DNA of 32,000 nucleotides from Neisseria subflava (GTDB lineage Bacteria; Pseudomonadota; Gammaproteobacteria; Burkholderiales; Neisseriaceae): NCBI RefSeq assembly GCF_005221305.1, contig NZ_CP039887.1, positions 1,218,905 to 1,250,904 of the forward strand, read 5' to 3'. Shown piece by piece: positions 19,669 to 27,062 of this stretch (position 1 is its first letter; each line of letters starts with the position of its first letter). The notes under the pieces were generated by a model. It saw only the letters and a program-made list of their open reading frames with translations, ran no database searches and was not told where the DNA came from. The position numbers and the translations under genes were made by a program.

Positions 19669-21980
19669 ATGGCCGTCAATAAAATCGCCCGTAAAAGCAG
19701 CAAGTTCCGCGTTGTCTTTACCGTCCCCGATTTCTGTTGGCCGCCACCACCCGCTCCCCCTTCCGTTCCGCCCATTCCCTTCCCACTCTTTGCCGACCTC
19801 GGCGGTGCCCAAACCGTCGCCAAAGACGTACGCCTCAACCGCAAGCCTGCTTTTGTCTTTAAAGCCAGTAAGACGGACAAGACTTATGGCGATGAAATCG
19901 CCCTTCCGGGCCGTAAAGGGGTAAAGAGCCGCACCGCCACCAAACCGGCATGGCCTATGCGCCATTCTTCCTCGGTTAAAATCCGTAAACGCTATATCGT
20001 GCGCACCGGCGATATGTTCCATATGAACGGCAAGTTCAGCAAAAGACTCCCCCCTAAAACCTGTCTGTCCTGTAAGGGTGCAGTGGGTGCCGGTCGGCCG
20101 GTGAATCCGATACACGGTTTGAAGTTTCTAACCGGTGAAACCGACTTTGCCTTTGAAGGCATTTTGCCGCTGGTATGGAGCCGCAGCTATTATTCCGACC
20201 AAGACGGTACCGGCTGGCTCGGCGAGGGTTGGAGCGTACCGGGCTGCCAACGCATCATCCGCGATGCGGCGGGATTGGCCTATATCGACGATCAAGGCCG
20301 TTTGTTCCCTTTGCCGGAAGTGGATGAAGATGATGAAGAACCGGTATTGTTCGAAAGCGAACAGATTTGGTTCAGTAAAAACCCGGACGGCCATTATGTC
20401 ATTGCGTCGCTGGACGGTTCGATAGCGTTGCGTTTTGCGCCTTTGGTGGTCGCTGAAGACGGTTCGGACGAAGATTCCACCCTCTTCCCTTTGGTCGCGG
20501 TAGAAGACGCCAACGGCAACCATCAGCGTTTCATTTATCATCCGCTGACCGGTCTGCCGCAATACATTATTGACGGCAACGGACGGGTATTCTCGCTGAA
20601 CTTTGGCAATGTAGCCGATGAGCAATCGCCTAAAATGCGGCTGCTGTCGGTATCGCTGTTGGAGGGTTTGCCTGCCTTTGGCGAAGCGGTCCGGGTCGGC
20701 AGCCCGCTGGTTCGCTATGAATACAACGGCAGTGGTGACTTAGTCCGCGTTATCGGCCGCGACGGCAAGGTCAAACGCAGCTTCGGCTATAAGAACAATC
20801 TGATGGTGTCGCACACCGATGCAGCCGGATTGGTATCGGAATACGAATACGACCATTACACCCCGACCGGCAAAGTGTTACGCAACCGGACTTCCTTGGG
20901 CGAGGAATGGCGTTTTACCTATCACGAAGGTTATACCGAGGTAACCGACGTATTGGGCCGTACCGAGCAATACCATTACGACTACAACAACGAGTTGACC
21001 AAACGGGTGTTTGCCGACGGCAGCACCAACCTGATGGAACGCGACGACTTGGGCCGTCTGCTCAGCCATACCGATGCAATGGGGCGCGTTACCCGTTATC
21101 AGTACAGCAACGAGGGCCAGGTGGAAAGCATTACCCGTCCGGACGGCGTCATCCTGCATTTCGACTATGACGACAACTACCGTCTGATCCGTAAAAGCGA
21201 TGCCGAAAGCCGTTATCACGGCTATACCTACGACGAAGCGGGCAACCTGCTGACCCATACCGACCCGCTGAAACACATCACCCGTTTCGAATATGCCGGC
21301 AACGGTCTGTTGCTGTCGGTGACCGATCCGAACGGCAGCAGTACCGCCTACCACTATAACGAAAACCATCAGCCCGACCGGATTACCGACTGCTCGGGTT
21401 ACGAAACCAAACTCTCTTACACTCCCGAAGGACAGTTGGCGCGTATTACCGATGCGCTGGGACAGCATACCGAATACCACTACGACGCCAATCAAAACCT
21501 TACCCTTGCCCTCTATCCCGACGGCAGCAAAGAGACCTTCGGCTACGATGCCGCAGGTCGTTTAAAAACCCATACCGACGGCGAAGGCCATACCACTTCC
21601 TACGAATACGGCCAAGACGGTCTGCCGACCCGGCGCACCAATGCGCTGGGCCATACCTTCGGCTACCACTACGACAAAGCCCGCCGCCTGGTCGGCCTCA
21701 CCAATGAAAACGGTGCGCGCTACCGCTTTGCCTACGACGTCCTCGACCGATTGATTGCCGAAAGCGGCTTCGACCATAAACTGACCGGCTACCGCTATAA
21801 TGCCGGTAACGAACTAATTGAACAGCGCGAATACGGCGATGATGCCACCCTTGCCGCCAAACTGATGGCGCAACTGGGCGGGCAACCCGTTGCTAAAAAA
21901 GATGCCGCCCCGCTTTCAGACGGCCTCGACAGCCAAACCCCGCTGCGGATTACCGAGTTCAAACGAGATGTATTGGGACG
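19669..21980 (+). repeat. Direct repeat copy 2 (2312 bp) of 15075-17386
   Basis: See copy 1. Upstream of the ATG only CAACAGGAGCA is shared. Confidence 0.9.
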
Positions 21981-24006
21981 GCTGATCCACACCCTTGCCC
22001 GCGATAACGACAAGGTTCAGGAAACCGCTTACCAATACGACCCGAACGGCAACCTCGTCCGCGCCGCCAACCGCCAAAGCATCACCTGCTTCGACTACAA
22101 CGGCAACGGTCAAATCATCGGCCAGCACCAATGGAAAGTGCCGTCCAAAGAAGAAAACGCCCAAAACGGTTTGCCCGAAACCGACTGGCGCGATGCGCAG
22201 TACGACATGCTGTACCTGCCCGTTACCGAAACCGTCCGCTACCACTACGACTTCAACGGCAACCGCACCGCCACCGTCCTGCCCGACGGCAGACAGATCA
22301 ACTATCTGTATTACGGCAGCGGCCACCTGCACCAAATCAGCCTCGACGACGAAGTCATCACCGACATCGAACGCGATCAGCTGCACCGCGAAATCTTCCG
22401 CACACAGGGTAAACTCGCCAGCCGCTACGAACTCGATCCCCTGGGTCGTCTGAAAAGGCAAATCGCCGCACTTAACGACCTGACGCAGACCGAGACAGAT
22501 AAGAACACTGTAACATCGGCTTATGCAGTCAAACGCAGCTACGGCTACGACCGTACCGGCAACCTGACCCACAGCACCGACCAGCGGACGGGAACGACGC
22601 ATTTCGAGTACGACAAACTAGGCCGGATTACCCAAGCCGGCAACGAACTGTTCGCCTTCGACCCCGCGCACAATATCCTCGACATTCCGACGGAAAAGGT
22701 CAAACCGTACCCTGCCCCCTCTCCCGTGGGAGAGGGTCGGGGAGAGGGCAAAACGACCGTGCCGCTTTCAGCCGACCTCAATCCCATCACCGACAACCGC
22801 CTGAAAACCTACAACGGCACGACCTATTACTACGACGAGCTCGGCAACCTGATCCACCGCGAACTGGCCGACGGCGAAGTGCAGAACTATTTCTACGATC
22901 TGCACGACCAACTGGTTAAAGCCGAAATCTTCAAAAAAGACGGCATGAAAGAAACTTGGGCGTACACCTACGACGCCTTGGGCAGAAGGATAGGCAAAGG
23001 CCGTCTGAAAAACGAAGAAGTTTCAGACGACCTCGAAGAGGAAACCGGATTCGTTTGGGACGGCAGCCACCTCTTACAGGAAGTCCAACCGGACGGCAGG
23101 TATACATATATCTACACCGATCCCGAAAGCTACGAACTCTTGGCACAGGTACATAACTGGACAACCGAAGGCGGCGAAAACCGTCAACAGACCCACTACT
23201 TCCACTGCGACCAAATCGGCATCCCTAGGGAGATGACCGACAAGGACGGCAATTTGTTGTGGTTCGGCAACTATACCAGCTGGGGCCGTCTGAAAGAGGA
23301 AACCAAGGTAACGAATAGCGCATACCAGCCCTTCCGTTTACAGAACCAGTATTGCGACCGTGAGACGGGGCTGCATTACAACTTCTTCAGGTATTATGAG
23401 CCTGATGCGGGGCGGTTTGTTAATCAGGATCCGATTGGGTTGTTGGGTGGGGAGAATATATATAGATTTGGTAATTCAATACAAAGCTGGATAGATCCTT
23501 TAGGATTGGATGGTTTTCAACTACTTCGAGATTATGGAAATTCTCCAGGTGTTCAAGCTGAATATCATAAAGCACTAGCAGCAGCCATGGCAAATCATCC
23601 AAAAACTCTACCAGCCTCTTCACACACATTAAGTATAGTTGCAGAAGGACAAGGGGCTGTAGGAGGTAGCGGTCGTTTATCTGTGATACACAATAATTTT
23701 CCAGACGGAACAACAGGTAAATGTTTAGCAGCGACTATCTGTGGAGAAACAGGAGCTGCAGAACGTTTAACGTTAGGGGGAGAATACTCATATAGCGCAA
23801 GCAACGTTTCTACTGGGTGGTCAAATTCAACATGCGTCAATGGTAGTGTAGCGACCCCAGTAGGCGGAGCTGGAGGTGGTGTATGTACTTCAGATCCTAC
23901 TCGTGGGCAAGCTGCAAGTAATACCTTTAATGCAAATATTTTATTTGGTGGCGGTGGCGGTGCTAGTGTAGGTAGATGTACAACATATTCATTGTGTAAT
24001 AAATAA
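19669..24006 (+). CDS. rhs: Rhs-family T6SS effector 2: identical PAAR-like head, YD-repeat shell, novel Gly/Cys-rich C-terminal toxin
   Basis: The ORF is 1445 aa with an AGGAG RBS. It has the core box HYFHCDQIGIPREMTDKDGN and the core end YNFFRYYEPDAGRFVNQDPIGLLGGENIYRFGNSIQSWIDPLGL (canonical DPxGL-x18-DPLGL). A 165-aa AT-rich tip follows. Confidence 0.95.
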   Translation: MAVNKIARKSSKFRVVFTVPDFCWPPPPAPPSVPPIPFPLFADLGGAQTVAKDVRLNRKPAFVFKASKTDKTYGDEIALPGRKGVKSRTATKPAWPMRHSSSVKIRKRYIVRTGDMFHMNGKFSKRLPPKTCLSCKGAVGAGRPVNPIHGLKFLTGETDFAFEGILPLVWSRSYYSDQDGTGWLGEGWSVPGCQRIIRDAAGLAYIDDQGRLFPLPEVDEDDEEPVLFESEQIWFSKNPDGHYVIASLDGSIALRFAPLVVAEDGSDEDSTLFPLVAVEDANGNHQRFIYHPLTGLPQYIIDGNGRVFSLNFGNVADEQSPKMRLLSVSLLEGLPAFGEAVRVGSPLVRYEYNGSGDLVRVIGRDGKVKRSFGYKNNLMVSHTDAAGLVSEYEYDHYTPTGKVLRNRTSLGEEWRFTYHEGYTEVTDVLGRTEQYHYDYNNELTKRVFADGSTNLMERDDLGRLLSHTDAMGRVTRYQYSNEGQVESITRPDGVILHFDYDDNYRLIRKSDAESRYHGYTYDEAGNLLTHTDPLKHITRFEYAGNGLLLSVTDPNGSSTAYHYNENHQPDRITDCSGYETKLSYTPEGQLARITDALGQHTEYHYDANQNLTLALYPDGSKETFGYDAAGRLKTHTDGEGHTTSYEYGQDGLPTRRTNALGHTFGYHYDKARRLVGLTNENGARYRFAYDVLDRLIAESGFDHKLTGYRYNAGNELIEQREYGDDATLAAKLMAQLGGQPVAKKDAAPLSDGLDSQTPLRITEFKRDVLGRLIHTLARDNDKVQETAYQYDPNGNLVRAANRQSITCFDYNGNGQIIGQHQWKVPSKEENAQNGLPETDWRDAQYDMLYLPVTETVRYHYDFNGNRTATVLPDGRQINYLYYGSGHLHQISLDDEVITDIERDQLHREIFRTQGKLASRYELDPLGRLKRQIAALNDLTQTETDKNTVTSAYAVKRSYGYDRTGNLTHSTDQRTGTTHFEYDKLGRITQAGNELFAFDPAHNILDIPTEKVKPYPAPSPVGEGRGEGKTTVPLSADLNPITDNRLKTYNGTTYYYDELGNLIHRELADGEVQNYFYDLHDQLVKAEIFKKDGMKETWAYTYDALGRRIGKGRLKNEEVSDDLEEETGFVWDGSHLLQEVQPDGRYTYIYTDPESYELLAQVHNWTTEGGENRQQTHYFHCDQIGIPREMTDKDGNLLWFGNYTSWGRLKEETKVTNSAYQPFRLQNQYCDRETGLHYNFFRYYEPDAGRFVNQDPIGLLGGENIYRFGNSIQSWIDPLGLDGFQLLRDYGNSPGVQAEYHKALAAAMANHPKTLPASSHTLSIVAEGQGAVGGSGRLSVIHNNFPDGTTGKCLAATICGETGAAERLTLGGEYSYSASNVSTGWSNSTCVNGSVATPVGGAGGGVCTSDPTRGQAASNTFNANILFGGGGGASVGRCTTYSLCNK
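23509..24006 (+). other. rhs-2 C-terminal toxin module, family unknown
   Basis: The module is 165 aa after DPLGL. I recognise no catalytic motif. It has six Cys (KCLAATIC, STCVNG, GVCTSD, GRCTTYSLC) and glycine runs (GGAGGGV, FGGGGGASVG). Confidence 0.6.
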
Positions 24007-24019
24007 AGGAGTAAACTTA

Positions 24020-24676
24020 ATGATTCATTCATGTATAAAGAAGGTAATATACTTAACATTATTTTTAATATCAATAGTTTCTTGCTACCCTACAGATAAC
24101 AATCTAGATGAAAAATCATTAATTAAAAATAAGAAGTATGCATTCTTGACAAATGTCACTCACCCCTCTCAAAAAGAAGTTGCCCCATTTGGATTAACTA
24201 TAGGCAAAATTACTGTTAATGAAGCGCTATCCAAATATCCTCAATTAATAAAGGCAGATAGTTCTTACATTAGTTATGGAAAAAAAGAAATACCAATGCC
24301 AAACACATACGCCTTATCCGTTTCTAATAATTTAACGGCGTTTTTACAGTTTGATGAATCAACTAATATCCTACAGAATGTTTTAATTTTCGGACTAAAG
24401 AGCGTAGATTTCGACATAATAAAACAAGAATTTAAGGATATATACTCTCCTTATGAAGAATATAATCCATCTGAATTTGAAGCTTTTTCTAGAGGAGAAA
24501 CCACCTTTGAAGATCAAAAAAAGTTTTTGGAAAAACATAAAAATGAAATAGCTCTATTTAAAAACAATGGCGTTATCATTATTTTAGGAAAATCTATAAA
24601 CAGCGATGAAGTAGTTATTTTTTATAGAAATACAAGCTATTTTCCAGTTTTAAAAAATAAAGCAGAAGCTTATTAA
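24020..24676 (+). CDS. Putative immunity lipoprotein for the rhs-2 toxin
   Basis: An ATG lies 13 nt after the rhs-2 stop with a strong AAGGAG RBS. The ORF is 218 aa with a signal peptide and lipobox (LFLISIVSC). It is AT-rich like the toxin tip. Confidence 0.7.
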   Translation: MIHSCIKKVIYLTLFLISIVSCYPTDNNLDEKSLIKNKKYAFLTNVTHPSQKEVAPFGLTIGKITVNEALSKYPQLIKADSSYISYGKKEIPMPNTYALSVSNNLTAFLQFDESTNILQNVLIFGLKSVDFDIIKQEFKDIYSPYEEYNPSEFEAFSRGETTFEDQKKFLEKHKNEIALFKNNGVIIILGKSINSDEVVIFYRNTSYFPVLKNKAEAY

Positions 24677-24772
24677 CTAATCGTAGATCGTATCGAGACC
24701 TAATAAAACCGCGAAATCGTCTGAAATTAATCTTCAGAAAGCGTAGGTTGGGTCGAGACCCAACAAAATATC

Positions 24773-24804
24773 AAGGTCGTCTGAAATAACCTTCAGACGA
24801 CCTT
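24773..24804. terminator. Inverted pair of variant DUS (AAGGTCGTCTGAA-ATAACC-TTCAGACGACCTT), probable terminator after the immunity gene
   Basis: The stem is a perfect 13 bp with a 6-nt loop, followed by TTTCCC. DUS inverted pairs are the usual Neisseria terminator architecture. Confidence 0.6.
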
Positions 24805-24852
24805 TCCCTATGTATCATCTCTTATCGGCTTCAACTACAACAAAACATCTAA

Positions 24853-26379
24853 ATCAGCCTCGACGACGAAATCATCACCGACATCGAGCGCGATAAGCTG
24901 CACCGCGAAATCTACCGCATACAGGGTAAACTCGCCAGCCGTTACGAACTCGATCCCCTAGGTCGTCTGAAAAAACAAATCGCCACCCTCAATGATTTGA
25001 CGGAAGGCGGTAAAGGCAAAACCAAAGTAGCGGCGGGCTATGGCCAAACCGCGGTCAAACGCAGCTACGGCTACAACCGCACCGGCAACCTGACCCACAG
25101 CACCGACCAGCGGACGGGCACGACCCGGTTCGAGTACGACAAACTGGGCAGGATTACCCAAGCGGGCAGCGAACGGTTCGCCTTCGACCCCGCGCACAAT
25201 ATTCTGTCTGACAACAATAGCCCTACCGTCCCCGACAACCGCCTGAAAACCTACAACGGCAACAGCTATTACTACGACGGCCTCGGCAACCTGATCCACC
25301 GCGAACTGGCCGACGGCGAAGTGCAGAACTATTTCTACGACCTGCATGACCAACTGGTGAAAGCCGAAATCTTCAAAAAAGACGGCAGTAAAGAAACTTG
25401 GGCGTACAGCTACGACGCCTTGGGCAGAAGGATAGGCAAAGGTCGTCTGAAAAACGAAGAAGTTTCAGAAACGTCATTCCCGCATGATTTAAGCGGGAAC
25501 GGCCTCGAAAACCAAACCCGCTTTGTTTGGGACGGCAGCCATTTGCTGCAAGAAGTCCATTCTGATGGCAGATATACCTATATCTACACCGATCCGAGCA
25601 GCTATGAACCGCTCGCACAAGTCCGCAATTGGACAACCGCAGAAGGCGAAAACCGCCAACAAACCCGCTACTTCCACTGCGACCAAATCGGCATCCCAAG
25701 AGAGATGACCGATAAGGACGGCAACCTCTTATGGCTCGGCAACTACACCGGCTGGGGTCGTCTGAAAGAGGAAACCAAGGTAACGGATAGCGCATACCAA
25801 CCCTTCCGCCTGCAGAACCAGTATGCCGACCGTGAGACGGGGCTGCATTACAACTTCTTCAGGTATTATGAGCCGGATGCGGGGCGGTTTGTGAATCAGG
25901 ATCCAATTGGGTTGGAAGGTGGAGAAAATTTATACAAGTTTGCTCCTAATGCGCAAAATTGGGTAGATATTTTTGGTTTATGGAGTTTTGGCGATCCCTT
26001 GCCACAATGGCTTGTTGATGGTGCTGCTGGGTTTGGAGACAACATTTCAATGGGAATTACTAAAAAAGCTCGACAATTATTTGGTATAAGCGGCGGAGTC
26101 ACAGAATCAACTGCTTATAAGACAGGCGATTGGCTAGGTGAAATACCTGGACTTATTAACCCCGCAAAAAAAGTTAACGCCGCATATAAAGGACTTAAAC
26201 GTGCAAAACTTTGGAAGTGTGAGATGAAAAAAATTTCTCGTACAGCAAAACGGACAAGAGCGAAGCGAGTTACAAAGGCTAAAGCTAATTTAAGAAGTGT
26301 GTTATGGCAGGAAACCAAAGGATTTATAACTGAAAAAATTAAAAGTAAAATTGTTGAGAATATAGTGAATCAAATTTAA
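24853..26379 (+). CDS. rhs: Orphan rhs 3' cassette 3: promoterless and start-less Rhs core end plus an unknown toxin tip
   Basis: The frame opens at 24853 directly after a TAA. Homology to rhs-1/2 starts abruptly at ISLDDE(I/V)ITDIERD. There is no ATG, and the track start at 24997 is a TTG. The core end is YNFFRYYEPDAGRFVNQDPIGLEGGENLYKFAPNAQNWVDIFGL. A 132-aa AT-rich tip occupies 25981-26379. Confidence 0.85.
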   Translation: MSLDDEIITDIERDKLHREIYRIQGKLASRYELDPLGRLKKQIATLNDLTEGGKGKTKVAAGYGQTAVKRSYGYNRTGNLTHSTDQRTGTTRFEYDKLGRITQAGSERFAFDPAHNILSDNNSPTVPDNRLKTYNGNSYYYDGLGNLIHRELADGEVQNYFYDLHDQLVKAEIFKKDGSKETWAYSYDALGRRIGKGRLKNEEVSETSFPHDLSGNGLENQTRFVWDGSHLLQEVHSDGRYTYIYTDPSSYEPLAQVRNWTTAEGENRQQTRYFHCDQIGIPREMTDKDGNLLWLGNYTGWGRLKEETKVTDSAYQPFRLQNQYADRETGLHYNFFRYYEPDAGRFVNQDPIGLEGGENLYKFAPNAQNWVDIFGLWSFGDPLPQWLVDGAAGFGDNISMGITKKARQLFGISGGVTESTAYKTGDWLGEIPGLINPAKKVNAAYKGLKRAKLWKCEMKKISRTAKRTRAKRVTKAKANLRSVLWQETKGFITEKIKSKIVENIVNQI

Positions 26380-26466
26380 ACCAGTACAGCGTTGCCTCGT
26401 CTTGCCGTAATATCTGTACTGTCTGCAGCTCGTCGCTTTGTCCTAATTTAAATTTAATTTACTATA
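26361..26466. mobile_element. Correia-like repeat-enclosed element (CREE/MITE), short about 106-bp form
   Basis: The sequence TATAGTGAATCAAATTTAAACCAGTACAGCGTTGCCTCG...CTGTACTGTCTGCAGCTCGTCGCTTTGTCCTAATTTAAATTTAATTTACTATA closely matches the Neisseria Correia consensus (TATAGTGGATTAAATTTAAACCAGTACGGCGTTGCCTCGCC...TTTAAATTTAATCCACTATA) as I remember it. Its left end supplies the last codons and the stop of the orphan-3 ORF. Confidence 0.85.
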
Positions 26467-26570
26467 TAGTCGATTAAAATTGCAATGATACGGCGTTGGC
26501 TCGCCTTGACATACTACCTGTACGCCTTGCGGCTCGCCGCCTTGTCTCATTTTTATTTTAACCGACTATA
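26465..26570. mobile_element. Second, divergent Correia-like MITE in tandem, sharing the junction TA
   Basis: The sequence is TATAGTCGATTAAAATTGCAATGATACGGCGTTGGCTCGCCTTGAC...GCGGCTCGCCGCCTTGTCTCATTTTTATTTTAACCGACTATA. Its terminal inverted repeats are TATAGTCGATTAAAAT and ATTTTAACCGACTATA. It has the same length and internal layout as a CREE. Confidence 0.75.
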
Positions 26571-26600
26571 GTTTGAATATGTAAAATAGGTAATTCTCAT

Positions 26601-26906
26601 ATGTATAATTTCTTTCTTAAAAATAAAGATTTGCTTTGTGTATTTTGTGTATTAATTTGGGATTTATATGATTTATATGATTGCTTATTCAATGGGAATT
26701 GTGGCTGGAAGAGAGATATGTATTTTCCTTCATTTGGATTAGGTAGAATAATGTATTCATTATTTAATTTAATTCTTATGGTGGCATTATGTACTTGGAT
26801 ATTTTTATTTTTTCAAAATACTATAAAAAATAGTAGCCATAGGTTGGGTAGGACCCTTAAAAAAAGAAAGCAAACCGTAGCACGCGTGATTAAAGCTAAA
26901 AAATAA
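26601..26906 (+). CDS. Putative immunity protein for the orphan-3 toxin (small membrane protein)
   Basis: The ORF is 101 aa and very AT-rich, with hydrophobic segments LLCVFCVLIW and IMYSLFNLILMVALCTWIFLFF and a basic tail. It would lie only about 30 nt from the toxin stop if the two MITEs were removed. The RBS is weak. Confidence 0.5.
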   Translation: MYNFFLKNKDLLCVFCVLIWDLYDLYDCLFNGNCGWKRDMYFPSFGLGRIMYSLFNLILMVALCTWIFLFFQNTIKNSSHRLGRTLKKRKQTVARVIKAKK

Positions 26907-27025
26907 CTGAACCTCTTTGAATCAAACAGTAGTCGGTTGGGTCGAGACCCAACAACAAGTCGTAGCCCACATGAAACCTCAAATTCCGCCGTAGCTTGGG
27001 TACGGTAATCATGCTGTTTCTGCTT

Positions 27026-27062
27026 TTCAGACGACCTCGAGCCTTTTTCGAGGTCGTCTGAA
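27026..27062. terminator. Inverted pair of variant DUS (TTCAGACGACCTCGA-GCCTTTT-TCGAGGTCGTCTGAA)
   Basis: The stem is a perfect 15 bp with a 7-nt loop, followed by ATATTTTTT. Confidence 0.6.

Noticed and set aside
23595-24074. 159-aa minus-strand ORF spanning the rhs-2 toxin / immunity junction
   Set aside because: It is antisense to two well-supported plus-strand genes, has a Pro/Gly-rich shadow translation of the glycine-rich toxin region, and has no RBS.
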